DNA of 64,000 nt from Planctomycetota bacterium (GTDB lineage Bacteria > Planctomycetota > GCA-002687715 > CAIWVZ01). Position 1 is the stretch's first letter, and each line of letters opens with the position of its first letter. The notes under the pieces were generated by a model. The model saw nothing but the letters and a program-made list of their open reading frames with translations, had not been told where the DNA came from and did no database searches. The translations under genes were made by a program, and so were the position numbers. Of the stretch, positions 18,001 to 25,522 are shown piece after piece. The stretch covers positions 162,550 through 226,549 of the forward strand of contig JBGANV010000009.1 in the NCBI GenBank assembly GCA_044222185.1, given 5' to 3'.

Positions 18001-20440
18001 CAGCGTCGCCTGCATCGGCAGCTCTGCGACGTTCACGGCCGTCGCAGCCGGGGATGGCCCGTTCACCTATCAGTGGAGGCACGACGGGGTGAACATCGCG
18101 GGCGCGACGAGCGCGACTTACACCAACTCCAACGTCGCGCAGGCGGACGGAGGCGGCTATGCGGTGTTCGTCACGGGGCCGTGCGGATCCATCCTGTCGT
18201 CCACGGTCAACATGCTGGTCACGACCGTGCCGACGGTGAGCATCACCGCCTCGACGGCGACGCCTTGCCAAGGGTCGACGATGACGTTCACCGCGACGTC
18301 GGTCGGCCTTGGCATCACGTACACGTGGTTGAAGGGAGGCGTGGCGATCGCCGGTGCGCCGAACGCGGCGATCTACTCGCCGACGGTGACGGCGGGCTTC
18401 GCCGGCTCGTACGCCTGCCGCGCGACGAACGCCTGCGGCACGGCGACGTCTGCGGCCATTCCCATCACCGTGTCGACGTCACCGACGGGCACCATCACCG
18501 CCACGACGCAGACTCCGTGCGTCGGGAGCACGCTGACGTTCAATGCCGTGGCCGTGGGCGGAGGCACCATCAACTACAGCTGGCAGAAGGACTCGGTAAC
18601 GATCTCGAGTGCGCCGAACGCGCCCACCTTCACGATCTCGCCGGTGACGGCGGCGACGACGGGGACCTACACCTGTCGCGTGTCGTCCGTCTGCGGGTTC
18701 TCGTTCACCAATTCGATCGCGGTCACGGCCCTCGCCGCTCCGACGGTCACGGTGAACGCGAGTTCGACGACATTGTGTCAGGGCGGGCCTTTGACGTTGA
18801 CGGCGACGGCCACCGGCGGCGGCCCGTACACGTACCAGTGGAAGCTCGGCGGCTCGGCGATCTCGGGCGCGCCGAACGCGGCCACCTACTCGATTGCCGC
18901 GGTCAACGCGGCCCAGGGCGGTAGCTACACCTGCACGGTGCAGAACGCCTGCAACACGGCGACGAGCGCTCCCGTGGTCGTCACGGTGAACACGCCGCCG
19001 GCGCCCAGCATCGGCGGTGCGTCCAATCCGTGCGCGGGGAGCTTCGTGACGATCTCCGTCACGCCGACGGGCACGACGCCGTTCACCTACGTCTGGCAGA
19101 AGAACGGATCGACCGTCCCGGGTGCGACCGGGCCGTCGATCTCGTTCACGCCCGTGACGGTGAACGACGCGGGGACCTACAACTGCCTCGTGACGAACCT
19201 GTGTGCGACGGTTTCGACGGCGCCGTTCGTCCTCTCGGTGAGGAGCGTGCCGGCCGTGACGTCGATCACGCCGAGTCAGGCGGTTTGTGCCGGATCGCCG
19301 GTGAACATCACGGTCGTCGCCACGGGATCGGGTCCGCTGACCTACGCGTGGACGAAGAACGGATCCGCCCTCGTGGGCGCACCCAACGCACCCACGCTCA
19401 CTCTGCCAGCGGTCACGGCGGCGGACGTTGGCAACTACGTGTGCACCGTGACGAACAGCTGCACGTCCACGCCGAGCCCGGCGTGCGCGATCAGCCTCGG
19501 CGCGGCGACGACGGTCAACGCGCCGACGTCCGCCAGCGTGTGTGAGGGGTTGCCCGCGTCGTTCTCCGTGACTGCAACGGGGACGGGCACGCTGGTCTAT
19601 CAGTGGCGGAAGGACGCCGCGCCGATCGCGGGCGCGACGGGCTCGACGTACTCGATCGCCGCGGTCGTGCCGTCGGACGTGGGAGCCTACGACTGCGTGG
19701 TGACGGGTGCGTGCAGCACGGTCACCTCGGCAGCGGCGACGCTCACGGTGACGGCTCCGCCGATCACGGCGCTCGCGCCGACGCAGATCGCGCCCATGAC
19801 GCCGGCGTCGCCGCCGGTCGTCGTGACGGTGGCGGGCACGTGCTTCCCGATCGGCAGCGTGGTCTATGCCAACAACGTCCCGCTCGCCACGACGTTCGTC
19901 GGGGCGACGACGCTGCAGGCGCTGCTGCCGCCGGCGATCGCGCAGACGCAGTTCGCGGGCGGGATCGGCTTCGCGGTGAAGTCGCCCGGCGGATTGGCGT
20001 CGAACCTGGCCATGATGGACGTGGGTGGCCCGTGGACGAACGCCGGTGGCATCCGCATGGATCCGCTGGATGTGGTCCCCGGTACGTTCACGCGCTTCGT
20101 GATCGAGGGCGGGACGCCGCTGAGCCCGGTGACGATGGTTGCAGACCTCGGCGGTGGCGTGTCGGTGGCGCCGTGGCCTGATCCCACGGGCAACTACGTC
20201 CTGGCCGTCACGCCCTACGGTGGTGCGGCCGGACCGTTCCTCGCGGTGTTCGACGGGTTCGGCATCTTCAATCCGCCGGACGGTGCGGCGCTGGATGGGA
20301 ACGGGAGATTCGTGTCGCCTTCGTTCCAGCTCCCGCCGGTCGCGATCGGCTACCACGTCACGTTCCAGGCCGTCTTCGTGGACGGCGCCGCACCGCTCGG
20401 CGTCAACCTGACGTACGCGGTGTACCCGATCGAGTTCTAA
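15029..20440 (+). CDS. Secreted S8 subtilase (Kp43-like) with ~9 Ig-like domains and the shared C-terminal domain
   Basis: Triad DVSDDGID / GHGNINA / SGTSHSTP; oxyanion AAGNSG; FSSRGPTADGRIKPD; nine YxW...YxC Ig repeats; ends VTFQAVFVD...VNLTYAVYPIEF. Confidence 0.93.
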   Translation: MISRFACVVFALQLAVGAASGLAQNSLMDQDYRSPGFFHRIRVSPGDRVDQRLRGSGAITRREDYGPFSLLVVDERSLGGRDALVALDAEIRDFEAVVTFIGAPIDTALSNATENARSAIPAEFRAGAIATASQTVVVQFAGPIRDEWLAALGATGAKLVEYVPYNACIVEVDPTSAGRFAAFRSDPAVQWSAPLDPWFKLDIYLRSMEMRARPEVDVWVQVQDGLDGDVIADYLAAMGATVLGEDMFVLAFRDMHVRIPTAILPVLAAAPAVTAVTAAPVGRLLDEGQGLIMATQPLTLANSYMNWLVNGAGLSAPATNGFIIDVSDDGIDQGSLTTVNPEFRVGGVPGGANRVLYYNQWSSSPTTASIAGHGNINASILGGYQATAGVPPIAGDSNFYRRGLGIMPWASLGASKIFSDTGGLTATSKVTIAASAYASGARITSHSWGEMISGTSTPYTTYGTSAQAYDTVVRDGNTSGAFPGNNEFVVVFAAGNSGPGTTTVSSPGCAKNVLTVGASEVQRQNGTDGCGITNSSADSANDLASFSSRGPTADGRIKPDVVAPGSHITGAASQAPGYTGVGVCDQYLPAGQTLYAQSSGTSHSTPAVAGTAGLLRQWMTERHLPPPSPAMTRAAIMATARYLSGSGGGDTLPSNGQGMGCVGMGRLFSGIGKAFYDQLTVLGSTGATWSTTHTIANPASQTRVGLTWTDAPGSLVGGAWKNDLDLTVTVGGSIVYRGNRFVNDLSTTGGVSDTKNNGEFITLPAGLGGSITITVTAANIVADGVPGNGDTTDQDFALFVDNVNGCCQPQITAQSPNVQSCAANSATLFVTATASCGVPLYYQWYFGSNAIPGANASTYFIPSVNAAAQGTYHCTVSTPCLSIDGSSGINVGPASLNVATQPISATTVCPSASTISASFVCNGTAPITYQWRKAGVAIAGATASTLTLNRVEASQGVYDCVATGPCQSLTSQPWTVTILDPVSVASITGPSSVACIGSSATFTAVAAGDGPFTYQWRHDGVNIAGATSATYTNSNVAQADGGGYAVFVTGPCGSILSSTVNMLVTTVPTVSITASTATPCQGSTMTFTATSVGLGITYTWLKGGVAIAGAPNAAIYSPTVTAGFAGSYACRATNACGTATSAAIPITVSTSPTGTITATTQTPCVGSTLTFNAVAVGGGTINYSWQKDSVTISSAPNAPTFTISPVTAATTGTYTCRVSSVCGFSFTNSIAVTALAAPTVTVNASSTTLCQGGPLTLTATATGGGPYTYQWKLGGSAISGAPNAATYSIAAVNAAQGGSYTCTVQNACNTATSAPVVVTVNTPPAPSIGGASNPCAGSFVTISVTPTGTTPFTYVWQKNGSTVPGATGPSISFTPVTVNDAGTYNCLVTNLCATVSTAPFVLSVRSVPAVTSITPSQAVCAGSPVNITVVATGSGPLTYAWTKNGSALVGAPNAPTLTLPAVTAADVGNYVCTVTNSCTSTPSPACAISLGAATTVNAPTSASVCEGLPASFSVTATGTGTLVYQWRKDAAPIAGATGSTYSIAAVVPSDVGAYDCVVTGACSTVTSAAATLTVTAPPITALAPTQIAPMTPASPPVVVTVAGTCFPIGSVVYANNVPLATTFVGATTLQALLPPAIAQTQFAGGIGFAVKSPGGLASNLAMMDVGGPWTNAGGIRMDPLDVVPGTFTRFVIEGGTPLSPVTMVADLGGGVSVAPWPDPTGNYVLAVTPYGGAAGPFLAVFDGFGIFNPPDGAALDGNGRFVSPSFQLPPVAIGYHVTFQAVFVDGAAPLGVNLTYAVYPIEF

Positions 20441-20445
20441 AAACC

Positions 20446-20494
20446 GGAACGCCGCGTTCCACGCGGCCGGACGGGCGAGGCTCCAGCCTCGCCC
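20446..20494 (+). repeat. REP-like double-hairpin repeat, copy A
   Basis: GGAAC GCCGCG TTCCA CGCGGC CGGAC GGGCGAGG CTCCAG CCTCGCCC, similar to the copies at 62991, 63134 and 63853. Confidence 0.65.
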
Positions 20495-20584
20495 GCGTGC
20501 TCGCACCGGCCCGTGGGCGCCGCCGAGGGCGCGGCCGAGTCCGCCGCGCTCGGCGGGTCGGCCAAGCCGTACGGTTCGCGCCGT

Positions 20585-22306
20585 TCAGGGCATGAAGAGC
20601 ACCTGCATGCCGTTCGAGACGTGATACGGAACTGGCGACCCGACGGGCAGGATCTCCGCCGTCTGGAGGTACGCCGAGAAGCCCGCGAGCGATGGCGTGC
20701 GGATGTTGACGACTCCAAGCGCCGCGGCACCGGTGGCGTCGGCCGCGTACCCAAGGGGAGATCCCGCCACGAGCTGATTCAGCTCGATGTACGCGAACCC
20801 GCCGAGGGGAAGGGGCGCGTTGGCAGGCGCGAGCGACGCGAAGAGCCATGCCGTACCAAGTGGCGTCAGACCACTGGTCACGATCGTCCCGGTCTGCCCG
20901 GTGATCGGACTCCACGTGAGCGCGAGCGTCTGAACCGTTCCACCGCCCGTCACGCCATACGTTCCGGCGCCGGCGTGGCTCGCGAGATACACGGCCCCCG
21001 CGCGAGCCGTGCCCGGCACGGGGCTCGCGAACATGGATCCGACGAGGATCTCGCCGATACCGTCACCCGTCAGATCTCCGCCGTCGTCGAGGGACCACCC
21101 GAACATCTGGTCCGTGGACGAGCCGTCGATCCGGTCGATGTACGACCCCGTCGAACCCCGCAGGAACAGGACACCACCGGGGTACGGCAGGATCGGGGGC
21201 GCAGCCAACGTGTCGACGCCGACGGCAACGTCCGGGACGCCGTCGCCATCCACGTCGCCGGTGGCGCTGACGGCCCTGGCGCCGATCGTCGGCTTGGTCC
21301 AGAGCACCGATCCACTTGCGCCGGAATAGACGAGCATGGAACCCGCGCCGAGATTCGGAACGCCCGCGGTCACGCTGCCCGTGCACAGTACCGCGACGTC
21401 GGGGATCTGGTCACCGTCCACGTCGCCGATCGCGGCGACCGCACGGCCGATGCCGTCGAGCGTGAGCGAGGGTGAAACCAGAATCCGGATGAGTGCGCTG
21501 CTCGCACCGGAATACAGGTACACGGCGCCGGCGCGGAATCCGTTCGGCAGCTGCGGCCCTCCGAACGGGGCTCCCACGGCGATGTCAGCGACGCCGTCGC
21601 CATCGAGGTCGCCGACGGACCGGACGCAGTCACCGAATTCGCCACCCACGAGGCCATCCGTGAGCACGCGGATCACGAGACCCGTCGCGCCGCTGAAGAT
21701 CCGCACGACGCCCGCGAGCGCCGGCGTCGCGATCGTGGCGTACTGCGAAGGCGTCCCTGGAGCACTGACGGCGAAATCCGGGACTCCATCGTTGTCGATG
21801 TCACCGACACCGGCCACGGCCGCGCCCTGATGGTCGCCGGTCGTCCCGGCCCCGATCGTGAGCCGCACGAGTCCAGTCGCGCCCGAGTAGAGGTAGGCGC
21901 TTCCGGACCAATTGAGCGGGCTCGTCGTCGGCCCCGCGCCGATGGCGCTCACGACGAAATCGGAACGGCCGTCGCCGTCGGTGTCGCCCACGTTGGCGAT
22001 CGCGCCTCCGAAGTAGTCCCCAGCAGCGGCGCCGCCGATCGTTCGGATCACCTGCCGCGTCGCCCCGGAAATCACCTTGACGAGGCCGGTGCCGGCGATC
22101 GTCGCCTGGGTCGCTCCCGCGAGGAAGTCGGCGGTCCCGTCGCCATCGACATCGCCGAGTCTGGCGACCGAGGCCCCGAGGCGGTCGTCTTGCAGCGTTC
22201 CGGTGACCGTGATGAGCGGGCCGAGGATCTGCTGAGCCGAGGCCGTTGCACTTGCAAGTGCGATCACTGCGACCGCGAGGCGTCGCGCCGTGGCGTGGTG
22301 GATCAT
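20585..22306 (-). CDS. Secreted FG-GAP / integrin-alpha beta-propeller protein with the shared C-terminal domain
   Basis: Signal peptide (ATASA-QQ); seven GDxDGDGxxD-type repeats with FG/GAP motifs; ends ADATGAA...LAGFSAYLQTAEI...VSNGMQVLFMP. Confidence 0.9.
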   Translation of the reverse strand: MIHHATARRLAVAVIALASATASAQQILGPLITVTGTLQDDRLGASVARLGDVDGDGTADFLAGATQATIAGTGLVKVISGATRQVIRTIGGAAAGDYFGGAIANVGDTDGDGRSDFVVSAIGAGPTTSPLNWSGSAYLYSGATGLVRLTIGAGTTGDHQGAAVAGVGDIDNDGVPDFAVSAPGTPSQYATIATPALAGVVRIFSGATGLVIRVLTDGLVGGEFGDCVRSVGDLDGDGVADIAVGAPFGGPQLPNGFRAGAVYLYSGASSALIRILVSPSLTLDGIGRAVAAIGDVDGDQIPDVAVLCTGSVTAGVPNLGAGSMLVYSGASGSVLWTKPTIGARAVSATGDVDGDGVPDVAVGVDTLAAPPILPYPGGVLFLRGSTGSYIDRIDGSSTDQMFGWSLDDGGDLTGDGIGEILVGSMFASPVPGTARAGAVYLASHAGAGTYGVTGGGTVQTLALTWSPITGQTGTIVTSGLTPLGTAWLFASLAPANAPLPLGGFAYIELNQLVAGSPLGYAADATGAAALGVVNIRTPSLAGFSAYLQTAEILPVGSPVPYHVSNGMQVLFMP

Positions 22307-22675
22307 GACGGGCTCGAGTTCTCCAAGGGTTGGCACTTCGATGGCAGGGCTGGCAAGCCCATTGCAACCCGCCTGCCGTATCTTCGCTGGCCCCGTGAAC
22401 CGCCGGAAATCAGCTGCGTCACGCGGAGACCCGACCGAGTGGGGCGGTCGCGGCTCGTTACCCCGTGGTGACGCCAGCGGATGATCGAGGGCACCAGGCT
22501 CCGGCGATCGCCAAGTCCCTGCGATCCCCGGGCCCCGTCGTCGGACTCCGCGCTTCTGGCACGGGAAGTTGTCCGATTGCGCCATCTCGTGCGACTTTCC
22601 AGATGCGGCGGCGGACCTGGTAGCGGGAGCTGCCGGAGCCGTCTACCCTCCGACGACCGACTCCCCGCGGCATCC

Positions 22676-25522
22676 ATGACTGCGCCCCAATCCAACACGA
22701 GTGAAGTGCGACGGCTCCTCGCGTTCTACGAGGAACTCCACGCCGAGCTGGCGGCCGGGGGGAAACCCGACCTCGCGCGCTACGTCGCCCGCTACGAGGG
22801 CTCGGCCGAGGAAGTCGCGCGCGCCGTCCTGGAGGCGCTGTCGGGAGAAACGGCGGCCGAAGGTCGGGCCAACGTTCCCGCGCGGCTTGGCCCCTACATC
22901 CTCGGGCCCGAGCGCGGGCGCGGCGGTCAGGCCATCGTCTACGAAGCGGAGGACCCGCGGCTGCGGCGCAGCGTCGCGCTGAAAGTCATCACCGGCCTGG
23001 GCCCCGGCGCCGAGATCGTCCTGCGTCGTTTCCGCCGAGAGGCCGAGGCGGCGTCGCGCCTCGACCATCCGGGAATCTGCCCGGTGTTCGACGTGGGCGT
23101 GGAGGGCGGTGCCGCCTACATCGCCATGCGGCTCCTCGACGGCGAGACGCTCTCGGATCGTCTCGCGCGCGAGCGAAACAGCCGGACCGCGCTCTCCTCC
23201 AGCGACGCGAGTCGGCGCACGGGCGAACTCCTCACGATCTTCGAGAAAACGGCCCGTGCCCTCCACGCCGCACACGAGGCCGGCATCACGCACCGCGACG
23301 TGAAACCGGCCAACATCATGATCACGGCGTCCGGCGAGCCCGTGCTGCTCGACTTCGGTCTCGCCCACGCGGATGACGCGGGGCCGACCCTCACGCAGAC
23401 GGGCGACGTGTTCGGAACGCCGGCCTACATGGCGCCCGAGCAGATCTCCGGTCACACACCTGCCGACGCGCGGACCGACGTCTGGGCGCTGGGCGCCTCG
23501 CTGTTCGAAGCCTTCGCGCTGAGGCCGCCGTTCGCGGGAGCGACACGCCAGGCCCTGGCGTCGGCGATCCTCGAGACGGATGCTCCGGATCTGCGCTCGG
23601 TCGCACCGTCGGTGCCGGCGGATCTCCGCGCCGTCGTCGCGCTGGCGTTGGATCGGGATCCCAATCGCCGCTACCGCACGGCGCTCGAGTTCGCCGAAGA
23701 CGTTCGTCGCGTACGCGAGGGCGAGCCGCCGCTGGCCAGGCCCGCGACGCTCTTCGGACGGTGGTTGCGACGCGCAAGGCGGCGACCCTTCACGGCCGTG
23801 CTCGTCATCCTCCTCATGCTCGCGGTGCCCGCGCTCGGCGTGCTTCTGGGTGTCGTCGTCGCGTCACGCCCCGCGGTCGTGGCGGCCGAGCGAGACAAGA
23901 GGGTGGCGCTTCTCGAACGCGAGATCGAGATCGGCCACGCCGCCATTCTCGAGCGCGACCTCGACGAGGCGCGCGCCGCCTTCGATCGCGCGATGGCGCT
24001 CGATCCGGACTCCGAAGATGCCGTCGGCGGGAGAGTGATGGTGGATTACGTCGCGCGCGACTGGACGGCCGCGCTCGAGCGCGCGCAGAACTCGTCGCTC
24101 TTCCCGTCGTCGGAGGGACTGAAGACGATCGCCGCGGGGTGTTTGCGGGGCCTGGGCCGCTCGGAGGAGGCCGACGTCATCGCGAAGGGCGCGCGCGCAG
24201 GCTATGACCCGTTCTCGTGTTTCGTCCGCTCGTTCGCAGCGCTGTTGCGCGAAGACGGGACCGTTGGGTCTCCGACGGCGAAAGACGCCGTGGCCGAGGC
24301 CTGGCGCGCCATCGCCGTCGCGCCCAAGCCACGCCGGATCTCATTCCACCAGCTCGCCTTCGCGGCTGCCATGGCGGCCGACGAGCCGTCGGCCCGCGCC
24401 GCGGCATCGGCGCTGCGCGCGCACTGGCGACCGACGCCCCAGTCCGAGCACGCCGTCGGTCACGCATTGGAGAACTTCGATCTCGACGCGGCGCGGATCG
24501 CCTACACGAACGCCCTCGAGATGCGTCCCGACTGGGAAGCCGTCTGCTCGGACCTCGTGAAGCTGGAGCGCCGTTGCTCGCATCTTCCGGCCGCCATCCG
24601 GGCTGCGGAGGCGGCGTTTCGGATCCGGCCGACGTCGGGTCGGACCGCCGCGAACCTGGGCGAGGTCTACGCCCTCTCCGGTCGTTTCGACGAAGCGATC
24701 GCCATGATGAATGCAGCCTGCGACGCGGAGCCGCAGGATCAGGAACTGGCGTTCTCACGTGCCGTCGTCCTGCGCCAGGCCTGGCGACTCTCGGAGGCGG
24801 AGGCCGCGCTGCGCAAGGTTCTGGAGTCGCAACCACGGTCGGCGCGCGCGCTGTCCGAACTCGCCGTCACGGTGCGATACCTGGGCCGATATGCGGAGGC
24901 GCTCGACCTCATGCGTCAGAGCCGCGACATCGGCGATCGCACGCCGCAGCTGGCGGCCCTGACCGTGCGGCGGCTCGAAGCGCTCGAGAAGCTCGTCGCC
25001 CGTTCGGAGGCACTGGAGGAGGTCCTCCGCGACGCCGAACTCGCGGAGTCCCTGGAGCACGACGAGCTCTCCGAGATGGCCCAGCTCGCGAGCGAGGCTG
25101 GGTACTTCCATGCCAAGTACCGGTTTCTGCAGCAGGACATGCGCGTCGCCGCGCCGGTCGGTGCGTCGCGGCCCACGGACTTCGTTCCGGACTCCCGGCG
25201 GCTCACCTGCGCGTCGGCAGCGCTGCAGGCGGCGTTCGGTGACGGGCGCGACGCGCCCGCGGACGCCGCCGTCCGGGCGGAGCTGCGCAGCCAGGCCCTG
25301 ATGCTGTTGGAACGTGCCGTCGATTCGGAGCGTGCCGTCTCCGGCTTTCAGAGAGAGCTCGCGACCCGGGAGGTACTCGACTTCATCCTGATCGGGGGAA
25401 GCATGCAGTACGCGCGGGCGATCCCTGGTTTGACGGCGTTGCCCGCGTCCGAGCGCGAGGCGTGGGCGGCGCTGCTCCGGCGCTGCGAGACCCTGCGAGA
25501 CGGGACGCCGCCGAACCCATGA
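22676..25522 (+). CDS. Membrane Ser/Thr protein kinase with TPR repeats (paralogue 1)
   Basis: GRGGQAIVY, VALK, HRDVKPAN, DFG, GTPAYMAPEQ, one TM helix, TPR-like helices. Confidence 0.93.
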   Translation: MTAPQSNTSEVRRLLAFYEELHAELAAGGKPDLARYVARYEGSAEEVARAVLEALSGETAAEGRANVPARLGPYILGPERGRGGQAIVYEAEDPRLRRSVALKVITGLGPGAEIVLRRFRREAEAASRLDHPGICPVFDVGVEGGAAYIAMRLLDGETLSDRLARERNSRTALSSSDASRRTGELLTIFEKTARALHAAHEAGITHRDVKPANIMITASGEPVLLDFGLAHADDAGPTLTQTGDVFGTPAYMAPEQISGHTPADARTDVWALGASLFEAFALRPPFAGATRQALASAILETDAPDLRSVAPSVPADLRAVVALALDRDPNRRYRTALEFAEDVRRVREGEPPLARPATLFGRWLRRARRRPFTAVLVILLMLAVPALGVLLGVVVASRPAVVAAERDKRVALLEREIEIGHAAILERDLDEARAAFDRAMALDPDSEDAVGGRVMVDYVARDWTAALERAQNSSLFPSSEGLKTIAAGCLRGLGRSEEADVIAKGARAGYDPFSCFVRSFAALLREDGTVGSPTAKDAVAEAWRAIAVAPKPRRISFHQLAFAAAMAADEPSARAAASALRAHWRPTPQSEHAVGHALENFDLDAARIAYTNALEMRPDWEAVCSDLVKLERRCSHLPAAIRAAEAAFRIRPTSGRTAANLGEVYALSGRFDEAIAMMNAACDAEPQDQELAFSRAVVLRQAWRLSEAEAALRKVLESQPRSARALSELAVTVRYLGRYAEALDLMRQSRDIGDRTPQLAALTVRRLEALEKLVARSEALEEVLRDAELAESLEHDELSEMAQLASEAGYFHAKYRFLQQDMRVAAPVGASRPTDFVPDSRRLTCASAALQAAFGDGRDAPADAAVRAELRSQALMLLERAVDSERAVSGFQRELATREVLDFILIGGSMQYARAIPGLTALPASEREAWAALLRRCETLRDGTPPNP

